From: an uncultured bacterium
Lineage (GTDB): Bacteria; Verrucomicrobiota; Lentisphaeria; Oligosphaerales; Oligosphaeraceae
Direction of reading: 5' to 3'
NCBI GenBank assembly: GCA_902776645.1
Contig: CACYQT010000031.1
Location: 1 to 47,612 of the forward strand
DNA length: 47,612 nucleotides
The translations under genes were made by a program, and so were the position numbers. The notes beneath the pieces are model-generated. The model did no database searches. It had not been told where the DNA came from and was given only the letters and a program-made list of their open reading frames with translations. Positions 26,862 to 35,588 of this stretch are shown in pieces. Positions within the stretch are counted from its first letter, which is position 1. Every line of letters begins with the position of its first letter.

Positions 26862-28427
26862 ATGCCGAACCCCAACATCATCCTGCTCGGTTTCTTTGCA
26901 GCAATCGTCATCCTCGTCGTTTTTCTCTCGCTCGTCAAATGCTACCGAAAATGCCCTTCGGACAAAATCATGGTCATCTACGGTAAGACCGGCGGCCATG
27001 AGGCGTCGAAGTGCATCCACGGCGGCGCGAAATTCGTCTGGCCGATCTTCCAGGACTACGGCTACATTTCGTTGAGGCCGTTGCAGATCACCGTGAATCT
27101 GGACAACGCGCTGTGCAAACAGAACATCCGAATCAACGTCCCCTCCGTCTTCACGGTCGGTGTCTCGACGGAGCCTGAAATCATGGGCAACGCGGCCGAA
27201 CGTCTATTCGGGCAGAGCCCAGAAGCCATCTCCGAACTCGCGAAGGATATCATCTTCGGTCAGTTGCGTCTCGTCATCGCGTCCATGATGATCGAAGAGA
27301 TCAACGCGGACCGCGAGACCTTCCTCCGCGCCGTCGAAGCGAACGTCGCGGAAGAATTGAAGAAGATCGGTCTTGTCCTGCTGAACGTCAACATCACGGA
27401 TATCACGGATGAATCCGGATACATCATCGCCATCGGTAAGCGCGCCGCCGCGGGCGCCATCAACAAGGCGAAGATCGACGTCGCTGAAGAAACCCGCAAA
27501 GGTAGCATCGGCGCCGCCGAAGCGCAGAAGGCGGAACGTATCGCCGTCTCCAAGGCGGAGGCCGAAGCCGCCGCCGGTGAAGCGGAAGCGGATCGCGAAC
27601 GCCGCGTCGCCGTCACGGAGGCGGACGCCAAGGCGGCCGCCGGCGAAGCCGAAGCCAACCGCACACGCCGTATCGCCATCAAGCAGGCGGACGCCAACGC
27701 GACACAGGGCGAAAACATCGCCGCCATTGAAATCGCCAAATCCAACGCCGAACGCTATGAAGCGGAAGCCGAAGCATACCGCAGGACGGAAGCCGCCAAG
27801 CAGATCGCGCAAGCCCGTGTCCAACAGGCGCAGTACGACGCCGAAGCGGAAGCCCAGAAGGCCCGCGCCGTCATGGAGGCCGAACGCCAGCATGCGGAAA
27901 TCATCGTCCCCGCCGAAATCCAGAAGCAGCAGATTGAAATCGCCGCCAAGGCGCAGGCTGAAAAGGTCCGCCTAGAAGCCCAAGGCCAGGCGGACGCCAT
28001 CTTCGCCAAACTGCAGGCCGAAGCCAAAGGTAACTTCGAACTCCTGCAGGCCAAAGGACAAGGTTTCCAGAAGATCTACGAATCCTGCGCGGGCAACGCC
28101 AACGCCGCCGCACAGATGCTCATCATCGAAAAACTGCAGGACATCGTCGCCATGCAGACCGAAGCCATCAAGCATATCAAGATCGACAAAGTCATGGTCT
28201 GGGACGGCGCGGGAAACGGCGGCAAGTCCTCAACCGCCAACTTCCTCAGCGGCATCGTCCAAAGCCTCCCCCCGCTCCATGAAGTCGCCAAAATGGTCGG
28301 TCTCGAACTGCCGCACTATCTCGGCAAGATGGACAAGGAGCACCAGGCGGAAGACGCGGCGATGGAACAGCCCAAACCCGCCGAACAGTCCGCTGAAAAG
28401 GCCGGCGACGGAAAAGCCGAAGCCTGA
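26862..28427 (+). CDS. floT: Flotillin-family SPFH-domain protein (FloT/YuaG-like)
   Basis: 521 aa. N-terminal TM anchor; SPFH domain; long Ala/Glu-rich coiled-coil region (AEAEAAAGEAEA repeats) typical of flotillins. Confidence 0.85.
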   Translation: MPNPNIILLGFFAAIVILVVFLSLVKCYRKCPSDKIMVIYGKTGGHEASKCIHGGAKFVWPIFQDYGYISLRPLQITVNLDNALCKQNIRINVPSVFTVGVSTEPEIMGNAAERLFGQSPEAISELAKDIIFGQLRLVIASMMIEEINADRETFLRAVEANVAEELKKIGLVLLNVNITDITDESGYIIAIGKRAAAGAINKAKIDVAEETRKGSIGAAEAQKAERIAVSKAEAEAAAGEAEADRERRVAVTEADAKAAAGEAEANRTRRIAIKQADANATQGENIAAIEIAKSNAERYEAEAEAYRRTEAAKQIAQARVQQAQYDAEAEAQKARAVMEAERQHAEIIVPAEIQKQQIEIAAKAQAEKVRLEAQGQADAIFAKLQAEAKGNFELLQAKGQGFQKIYESCAGNANAAAQMLIIEKLQDIVAMQTEAIKHIKIDKVMVWDGAGNGGKSSTANFLSGIVQSLPPLHEVAKMVGLELPHYLGKMDKEHQAEDAAMEQPKPAEQSAEKAGDGKAEA

Positions 28428-28510
28428 TCCACCAGCCTCCAACATTTCAACATCGGATAATGTCATTCTCACCGTTTTCGCTTTTGTTCTTCATCCTGAA
28501 AAGGCATGCC

Positions 28511-29182
28511 ATGCGCAAGGCCGGCGCCGTCGTCCTGTTGCTGTGCATGACTCTTCTCATGGCGGAGTTCAAAGGCTACGGGCAAAGCTTCTGGGAGAAA
28601 TTAAAACTGCCGAAGCTGCCTGAACCGCCGCCGATCCATGAACAGACCGGCGGCGGCACCCAGCCGACGCCCCCAAAAAGCGAAAACGCTTCGGAACAAA
28701 CGCTTTCCGTTGCAGAACAGCCTGCCGCGCCCTCAACGGCGCGGCAGGCTGCCGACACCGCCGAAACAACGTCCACGCCATCGGAAAACACGTTGGCGAC
28801 ATCGCTTGAAGCCCTCAATTTCCACGAAGGCGAATTCGACTGGCGGAAAGACTGGTGGAAGGCGATGCTGTTCGCCTTGGGCGGTGTCGTCGTCGTCGCG
28901 TTTCTCATGCGGATCGCCAAGCAGCTCTTCCGCATCATCGTGATGACGGCCTGCCTGGCCGCCGGCAGTTTCGGCGCACGCTATTTCGCGCCGCCGCTGA
29001 CACCATGGTTCGAAAGCAAACTGCCTCCCGCCATGACACAAACCATCCCGCCGCTCTACTGGAGCTTCGCCATCGTGTTTCTGGTCTGCTATATTGTCGC
29101 GACCATTATCCTTTTCATTCTGAAACGCCCTCTCGACATCATGGACAAACGCCAGAAATGCCAGTCCGGCAAGGTCGAATAA
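28511..29182 (+). CDS. Hypothetical membrane protein (signal peptide, Pro/Thr-rich linker, 3 C-terminal TM helices)
   Basis: ORF with start chosen at the MRKAGAVVLLLCM signal-like Met; no recognisable domain. Possibly co-transcribed with floT. Confidence 0.5.
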   Translation: MRKAGAVVLLLCMTLLMAEFKGYGQSFWEKLKLPKLPEPPPIHEQTGGGTQPTPPKSENASEQTLSVAEQPAAPSTARQAADTAETTSTPSENTLATSLEALNFHEGEFDWRKDWWKAMLFALGGVVVVAFLMRIAKQLFRIIVMTACLAAGSFGARYFAPPLTPWFESKLPPAMTQTIPPLYWSFAIVFLVCYIVATIILFILKRPLDIMDKRQKCQSGKVE

Positions 29183-29194
29183 AGCAGAGGACGG

Positions 29195-30436
29195 ATGATT
29201 ATGAGTGCCAAGCCGATTGTAAGCATCGCACTTTTGGACAGCTATGACGATGCGTCCGCCGTCCGCTCCGCCGTGAAAACCGCCTTGGCGCCGTTCGGCG
29301 GCATGGCGGCCTTCGTCAAGCCCGGCCAGCGCGTCCTGTTGAAACCGAATCTCGTCGCCCCCGCCAAGCCAGAACTGGCCGTCACGACTCATCCGGCCAT
29401 TCTGAAAGCCGTCATCGAAGAGGCGCAGGAAGCGCAGGCGGGAAGCGTCAGCTTCGGAGACGGGCCGGGCGTCGGCACGGCCACATCCGTCTCCAGGCTG
29501 GCCGGCCTCGTGAAAGTCGCGGAGGAGACGCATGCGAGACTGGTCGATTTCGTCGAGACAAAAACGTACGAGAATAATAACAACCGTATTCTCAAGCACT
29601 TGGATCTGACGGACCAGCTGGCTGAAAACGATGTTCTCATCACCGTTCCAAAGCTGAAGACGCATTCGCAAATGGCCTTCACCTGCGCGTTGAAAAACCA
29701 ATACGGCCTCATTCCGGGCATGGCGAAGGCGCAGTTCCATTTCCGCTTCCAGAATCGCGACCGCATGGCGGATTTAATTGTCGATATCAACCGGACGGCC
29801 TCCCCCGCCCTCGCCGTCGTCGACGCCGTCATCGGCATGGAGGGGCCTGGCCCGAACAGCGGCACGCCGCGCAAAATCGGCGCCGTCATCGCAGGAACGG
29901 ATCTGGCCGCCGTCGACACCGTCGCCTCCGCCATCATCGGCCTCACGCCGGAGGAGATACCGATTCTCATGGCGGCGCGCCGCGCCGAATTCGGCGCGAC
30001 GCGTCTCGAGGACATCGATGTTCGCGGCGCGACGGTCGAACAATTGAAAATCGATGACTTCGAGCTGATCAGGGCCCCCGCCAACATCATGCGCATCATC
30101 CCGTTGCCGAAAGCCGCCCTCAAATGGCTCCGTTCGCAAATCGTCCCGCGGCCATTCATCTTAAAGGAAAAATGCGTCAAATGTCTGCGTTGCCATAACG
30201 GATGCCCCGTCAGCCCGCCCGCCATTTCACCGCTGGCCCCCGCCGGCAAGGAGCTGAACAGCAAGACATGCATCCGCTGCTACTGCTGCCATGAATTCTG
30301 CCCCGCGAAGGCCATCATTCTGAAGAAAAGCCTGCTGGACAGGATCTTCCACATACAGGCCCTTTGCCGCGGCCTGCACCGTTTCCTCGGCTGGCTCGTC
30401 ACGGTGATCCCCGTGAACAAGTTCCTGGCCAAATAA
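29195..30436 (+). CDS. DUF362-domain protein with C-terminal 4Fe-4S-type Cys cluster
   Basis: 413 aa. DUF362-like core (PNLVAP..., VIGMEGPGP) plus CxxCxxCxxxCP-like cysteine clusters (CVKCLRCHNGCP; CIRCYCCHEFCP). Confidence 0.65.
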   Translation: MIMSAKPIVSIALLDSYDDASAVRSAVKTALAPFGGMAAFVKPGQRVLLKPNLVAPAKPELAVTTHPAILKAVIEEAQEAQAGSVSFGDGPGVGTATSVSRLAGLVKVAEETHARLVDFVETKTYENNNNRILKHLDLTDQLAENDVLITVPKLKTHSQMAFTCALKNQYGLIPGMAKAQFHFRFQNRDRMADLIVDINRTASPALAVVDAVIGMEGPGPNSGTPRKIGAVIAGTDLAAVDTVASAIIGLTPEEIPILMAARRAEFGATRLEDIDVRGATVEQLKIDDFELIRAPANIMRIIPLPKAALKWLRSQIVPRPFILKEKCVKCLRCHNGCPVSPPAISPLAPAGKELNSKTCIRCYCCHEFCPAKAIILKKSLLDRIFHIQALCRGLHRFLGWLVTVIPVNKFLAK

Positions 30437-30485
30437 CCACAAGTCCTAGAATACTAGAGTTCTAGAAATCCTAGAAAACTAGAGA
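30437..30485. repeat. CTAG-based short tandem repeat (CTAGAATACTAGAGTTCTAGAAATCCTAGAAAACTAGAG), inverted copy of the 201-252 family
   Basis: Read directly; 6 CTAG cores in 45 bp. Confidence 0.7.
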
Positions 30486-33400
30486 ATGCTGAATGATATA
30501 GCCCATCCCAAAGATCCGCCGGCCTGGCTTGACGTCTGGCCGAAACGCACACAGCTGCCCGATATTTTCTCCCCTACCCTCCGCAATATCGCCACCCGCA
30601 TCCTGAACAATCTCGCTGCGACGGATGTCTCGATCCAGTGGACGGATACGATGATGCGTGCGCGCATCGCCAACAACGTCAATACATGGACGCTCGTCAA
30701 CGGCAAGTGGATGCGTTCCTGCACATGCAAGGCGCCAGGCGCCCATTGCATCCATGACTACATCTCCTGCATGCTTGTGAATATCGCCTTCATGCGGGAG
30801 GGCTGGACGGATTTCGCAGGCAAACCGACCATTGCGAAAAAGCCGGACGCGCAGTCGTCGCAACAGCAGCCGTCGCATTTCGCTGCAAAACCCACCAATC
30901 CGCCGCCCGTCTCCGCGATAGACAGCAAGCCGCGGCCCGTCTCCTTCCCGACGGCGCGTGAGTCGTTTTTCACGCCTTCATCCTACCAGCAGCCCGTCCT
31001 GCCCATCGTCACTCCGCCAGCCGGAAAGCAGACGCCGGCCATCACGAAGCCTGTCGCCAAATTCGAAGCGGAAATCGACCTTAAGGCGACGCCTGGCGCC
31101 ATCACCATTCGCTTCTATCAGAAAATCAACGATATGCGCGAATTGATGACCATGCAGCAGTTCTTCAATCTCGCCGCCGACATCCGCCGTTCAGATCCGC
31201 GTTACAAATGGTCGCAGGACGATCTGGATTTCATCAGTTGGTGCGCTCCCAAACTCCGCGCCATGCAGAGGGCCAACCAGCTTCCCTTCCAATCGCATTT
31301 CTTTACATTGAAGCGCGATGCATTCTACCAGTGGCTGGATCATTGGAGCGAACAGCCCGCCCGTTTCATCGAACGGGACTCGCAGAAACCCTACCATCAG
31401 AGCGGTATGACGCGCCCTGCCCGTATCTCCATCGAACTCGTCAACGACCACGAATTCATCAATGTCATTTTCCGTTACGTCTTCCAGGACGGTTCGAAGA
31501 AAACACTTCTGGAAATCGCCAGGCATATACAGGACGCTCCGGACAAGGAGGACATCCGCGCCGCCCTGAAAGCCTTCAAGCCGCCGTTCGACATGGCGCC
31601 GTTCTGGAAAGGGACCGTCAGAATCCGCCGCGAAGACATCTCCACGGAACTGCCGCGCCTTCTGGAAGGCCATCTCGAACTCGTCAGCGGCAAAAACGTC
31701 ATCGTCCTTTCGGACAAAGACCGTCCCGTCATCGTAAAATTCTCCGTCCAAGGCGGTTACTTTGTCATCGAAGCGGAATTGGACGGCAAGCCCATCGATC
31801 TGGAAGGCCATTCGCCTGTCCAATCCACCGTCAGGCATCAATTCGGAACCACCGAAATCCGCCTCGGCAAAGTCACCGGCGTCGACGCTGTCCGCAAAGC
31901 GCTTCGTCAGCTGCCGCCCGCCATCTTCATCCGTGACGGCGCGGCCACTCTCTATGAGACACCGCAGAACGCCGAACACATCAAGAAGTTCTGGGAGGCC
32001 CTTCCTTCAACGCTGCAAAAAACGGCATCTAAGGAACTTGCGGGATTCCTTGATCCTCCGCGCAAGCCATTGACGCTTCATTTGGACGCGAAGCCACGCA
32101 ACAAGGCGTTCACCGCCGTCAACCTCTCATGGAGTTTCGGCGAAGGCACGGAATGCTCAACGGAAGATCTGAAGCTTTGCGCCTCCGCCAAACGGCCGTT
32201 CTTCCAAACCTCTGACGGAAAATGGCTCGCCATTGATCAGGAGCAGGCCCGCCAGGCATTGGAAAAACTCCGCGAAATCGGCCTCGCCAATCTTGCGGAC
32301 ACGACCTTCCTGACGGCCCATGCGGGCGAGGCCGTCCGAAAACTCACGGAAAATTTCTCCACGGAGATTCCGCCTGAATCACAGGAGTTCGCCAAACGTC
32401 TGGCGGAACAGCCGCCGCCGTCGCTACCGCCTCTTCCCGAACATCTTGACAGTCTTCTCCGCCACTACCAAAAGGAAGGCGCGGAGTTTCTGCTCGACCG
32501 CGCCGCATGCGGCGCGGGGGCCATTCTGGCGGACGACATGGGGCTCGGCAAAACGCTTCAAGTTCTCGCCGTTCTGGAGGCCAGCCGAGACGATGCAAGA
32601 CGGCGTGGACAGCCGTTCAGGACATTGGTCGTCTGCCCGGCCTCCGTCGTGGCGGTGTGGCTGTCGCAGGCGAAGCGATTCTGCCCGTCGTTGACCATCG
32701 CCGCCATTTCCGGAACCGCCGCCCAGCGGAAACGCCAGTTGGCGACTCTCAGGGCGGAAGTCTTCGTGATGCACTACCAGATTGTCCGGCAGGATGTGGA
32801 ACTCCTTAAGGATAAGGAGTTTGACTTCCTGATTCTGGACGAGGCGCAAGCCATCAAGAATCCGTCCGCGCAAGTGACGGCCGCCGTCAACGCCCTTTCC
32901 GCAAAACACGCCATCGCTTTGACGGGCACGCCGTTGGAGAATTCCGCGCAGGATCTTTGGTCGATCATGAACCGCCTCAATCCAGGCTTCCTTGGCAGTC
33001 TGGAGGACTTCCAATATCGCTACATCCAGCAGAACGGCGGCCTTTCCGCCCTGAGCCGCAGACTTGCGCCGCTGATCATCCGCCGCAACAAGCAGCTGGT
33101 CGCCCCCGAACTGCCGCCCAAGACGGAGGAAATCATCACGATTGAGCTGTCCGACGAACAACGCGCCTTCTATGACGCGCAGCTCGCCTTCGGGCAGACG
33201 GCCTTGAAGGAAAACGGGACAGGCTCCCTGCTCGGCACGCTCACCCGCCTCCGCGAAGCCTGCTGCCATCCTCAGCTTGTCACGAAACGCGAAACACAGC
33301 TCGGCTCCGCCAAGCTGGACGCGCTTCTGGAAAAACTGTCGGACCTTCAGGCCAGCGGCCATTCGTCGCTCGTCTTCAGCCAGTTCACATCCATGCTGGA

Positions 33401-33824
33401 TCTGATTGCGCCGCAATTGGATGAACGGCAAATCCCCTACCGTGTCATCACAGGCGAAACGCCTGTCGAAAAACGCGCACAACTTGTGCAGGAATTCGAC
33501 GCGGATGACAATCCGTCCGTCTTCCTGCTCAGCCTGAAGGCCGCCGGAACGGGTCTCACGCTCACGAAGGCCGATTATGTCTTCCTCTTCGACCCATGGT
33601 GGAATCCCGCCGTCGAACGGCAGGCCATCGACCGCACACACCGTATCGGGCAGGACAAGCCCGTGTTCGCCTACAAATTCGTCGCCAAAGACACCGTGGA
33701 GGAAAAAGTCCAGAAGCTCATCGAACAGAAAAAAGAACTCTTTGATGAAATCATGGACGGCGCGGCGGAAAACGCCAAGCCAGCCCGCCTGACGCTAGAC
33801 GACCTCCGCTCTCTCATCGAATAA
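30486..33824 (+). CDS. SNF2-family helicase/ATPase with N-terminal SWIM zinc finger
   Basis: 1112 aa. SWIM CxC...CxH in WMRSCTCKAPGAHCIHD; SNF2 motifs LADDMGLGKTLQ (I), LILDEAQAIKN (II), LTGTPLEN (III), helicase-C FSQFTSMLD, LTKADYVFLFDPWWNPAVERQAIDRTHRIGQ (VI). Confidence 0.85.
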   Translation: MLNDIAHPKDPPAWLDVWPKRTQLPDIFSPTLRNIATRILNNLAATDVSIQWTDTMMRARIANNVNTWTLVNGKWMRSCTCKAPGAHCIHDYISCMLVNIAFMREGWTDFAGKPTIAKKPDAQSSQQQPSHFAAKPTNPPPVSAIDSKPRPVSFPTARESFFTPSSYQQPVLPIVTPPAGKQTPAITKPVAKFEAEIDLKATPGAITIRFYQKINDMRELMTMQQFFNLAADIRRSDPRYKWSQDDLDFISWCAPKLRAMQRANQLPFQSHFFTLKRDAFYQWLDHWSEQPARFIERDSQKPYHQSGMTRPARISIELVNDHEFINVIFRYVFQDGSKKTLLEIARHIQDAPDKEDIRAALKAFKPPFDMAPFWKGTVRIRREDISTELPRLLEGHLELVSGKNVIVLSDKDRPVIVKFSVQGGYFVIEAELDGKPIDLEGHSPVQSTVRHQFGTTEIRLGKVTGVDAVRKALRQLPPAIFIRDGAATLYETPQNAEHIKKFWEALPSTLQKTASKELAGFLDPPRKPLTLHLDAKPRNKAFTAVNLSWSFGEGTECSTEDLKLCASAKRPFFQTSDGKWLAIDQEQARQALEKLREIGLANLADTTFLTAHAGEAVRKLTENFSTEIPPESQEFAKRLAEQPPPSLPPLPEHLDSLLRHYQKEGAEFLLDRAACGAGAILADDMGLGKTLQVLAVLEASRDDARRRGQPFRTLVVCPASVVAVWLSQAKRFCPSLTIAAISGTAAQRKRQLATLRAEVFVMHYQIVRQDVELLKDKEFDFLILDEAQAIKNPSAQVTAAVNALSAKHAIALTGTPLENSAQDLWSIMNRLNPGFLGSLEDFQYRYIQQNGGLSALSRRLAPLIIRRNKQLVAPELPPKTEEIITIELSDEQRAFYDAQLAFGQTALKENGTGSLLGTLTRLREACCHPQLVTKRETQLGSAKLDALLEKLSDLQASGHSSLVFSQFTSMLDLIAPQLDERQIPYRVITGETPVEKRAQLVQEFDADDNPSVFLLSLKAAGTGLTLTKADYVFLFDPWWNPAVERQAIDRTHRIGQDKPVFAYKFVAKDTVEEKVQKLIEQKKELFDEIMDGAAENAKPARLTLDDLRSLIE

Positions 33825-33854
33825 CCTTTTCATGCTTTTTTATCACTGAAAACT

Positions 33855-35222
33855 ATGAAAAATTTCACCTGTCAATGCTGCGGTCAATGCTGCAAATGGG
33901 AAGGCTTCGTCATAGCCAAGGAAGACGAAATGGCCGCTGCCGCCAAACTCCTCGGCATTACGCTGGACGAATTCATCCAGAAATATACAAAACTGTCCCA
34001 AGACAGGAAATCGCTGATATTTACGGATCGCGCGGACGGAGCCTGCGTCTTTCTCGACGACAACAACCGCTGTAAAATCTACGAGGCGCGCCCATGGCAG
34101 TGCCGCACGTTTCCGCACGAATGGGACGTCCCGCCGGACATGCAGAAACTCTGCCCCGGCCATCGTCTTGCGGAACGGGCGGACGCCGCGGCGGCGGACG
34201 CCCTGCCGCTCATCCATGTTCTCGGCCATCCCGCCCTGCCGATGGACATCACAAACGCCCCCGGAGACGCGCAAGTCCTCAACTGCCACAACTTCTGCCT
34301 CATGCTGTCGCTACTCGGCCTACCATATATATATTACGGCTGTCCGGGCTCCAAAGTGCCGCCGGGCGGAGCATTCGTGGATTGCGGCAAGCCCATCGGC
34401 AAATGGAGCTACCGCAACAAGTGGCATCAGATCTACAACAAACGCCTTTCCAAACATCTGGCGAAATGCGCACGACTCGACGGCAAGCCGGAGATTATCG
34501 CATCCATCTACGGCGCAGCGCAATCCGACATCGAGACATTCGGTCTTCCCGTCATCGAGGCCATGGTCGGCTACGACCACTGCTGGGCGCCGTACAGGGT
34601 CTTCCCGTCATACGCCCACCAGCATACCATCTACGCGCAACAGCCTGATTTCACCGCCAAAAACCGTTTCTTCGATACCGTCATCCCGCATTTTCTCGAC
34701 GATACGCAATACTGGCCGTCCAGCAATCCGCAGGACTATCTGCTTTTCATCGGACGGGACGCCCCCGGCAAGGGCCTTGCCATCGCGCAGCAGGCCGCAG
34801 AAAAGACCGGCCTTGAACTGAAAGTCGTCCACAACGGCTGCTTCGGAGCGGCCAAGACGGAACTTCTCGGCAACGCGCGGGCTGTTTTGATGCCAACGCT
34901 TTACGTCGAACCGTTCGGCTACGTCGCCATCGAAGCGCAGATGTGCGGCACGCCCATCATCACGACGGACTGGGGGGCGTTCGCCGAAACCGTCCTTCAT
35001 GGCCTCACGGGTTTCCGCTGCCGCACGCAGGCGGAATTTGTCGCCGCCATTCGAAAAACGCCGCGTCTCGACCGGAATTTCATCCGTGATTATGCTTTAA
35101 ATCACTTTTCCATCAAAAAAATCGCACCTAAATACAAAGCTTATTTCGATTTTGTGTGGAATGTTCACAAAAATGGTGGATATTATGCAGATGCCGCTTT
35201 TCGCGACGAAACGTTTCTGTAA
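33855..35222 (+). CDS. Fusion protein: N-terminal YkgJ-family zinc/iron-chelating Cys-rich domain plus C-terminal GT-B glycosyltransferase (group 1) domain
   Basis: 455 aa. N-terminus FTCQCCGQCC...CVFL...NRCKIY...WQCRTFP (YkgJ/UPF0153 pattern); C-terminus YLLFIGRDAPGKGL...EPFGYVAIEAQMCGTPIITTDWGAFAE (GT1 E-x7-E region). Confidence 0.6.
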   Translation: MKNFTCQCCGQCCKWEGFVIAKEDEMAAAAKLLGITLDEFIQKYTKLSQDRKSLIFTDRADGACVFLDDNNRCKIYEARPWQCRTFPHEWDVPPDMQKLCPGHRLAERADAAAADALPLIHVLGHPALPMDITNAPGDAQVLNCHNFCLMLSLLGLPYIYYGCPGSKVPPGGAFVDCGKPIGKWSYRNKWHQIYNKRLSKHLAKCARLDGKPEIIASIYGAAQSDIETFGLPVIEAMVGYDHCWAPYRVFPSYAHQHTIYAQQPDFTAKNRFFDTVIPHFLDDTQYWPSSNPQDYLLFIGRDAPGKGLAIAQQAAEKTGLELKVVHNGCFGAAKTELLGNARAVLMPTLYVEPFGYVAIEAQMCGTPIITTDWGAFAETVLHGLTGFRCRTQAEFVAAIRKTPRLDRNFIRDYALNHFSIKKIAPKYKAYFDFVWNVHKNGGYYADAAFRDETFL

Positions 35223-35244
35223 CCATATATAAATCAATCAGAGG

Positions 35245-35538
35245 TTGATCATGGCAAGACGCAACACAAATTCCGATCTCGCATTGCTGCTCGGCGGCGG
35301 TGAAACGAAATCCACCCGCAAGCGCAAGACCACGCCCGCACCGAACGGCCCCGTCGCCGGCAATCCCTCCGGCCCTGCGATGGCTGGCGGCCCTTCCGGC
35401 CCCGCCATGTCCGGCGGACCTTCCGGCCCCGCGATGTCCGGCGGCCCCTCCGGCCCCGCGATGGCCGGTGGCGAAGCCCCGAAGCGCAGACGCAAGACCT
35501 TGAAAGACAACGATACACTGAGACAGCTCCTCGGCTGA
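35245..35538 (+). CDS. Small basic protein with 4 tandem GGPSGPAM(S/A) repeats (27-nt DNA repeat 35341-35470)
   Basis: 97 aa. SD GAGG 7 nt upstream; basic N- and C-termini (RKRK; KRRRK) flanking a Gly/Pro-rich repeat core. No known family recognised; the antisense ORF 35238-35594 is an artefact. Confidence 0.4.
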   Translation: MIMARRNTNSDLALLLGGGETKSTRKRKTTPAPNGPVAGNPSGPAMAGGPSGPAMSGGPSGPAMSGGPSGPAMAGGEAPKRRRKTLKDNDTLRQLLG

Positions 35539-35588
35539 ACGAATTCAGGCGTTAAGCCGCGAGTCTTTCCACAACCAAGCCCCTGCTT

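Noticed and set aside
32424-33641. 405-aa minus-strand ORF
   Set aside because: Antisense to the SNF2 helicase domain, whose motifs I-VI are all present in the plus frame.
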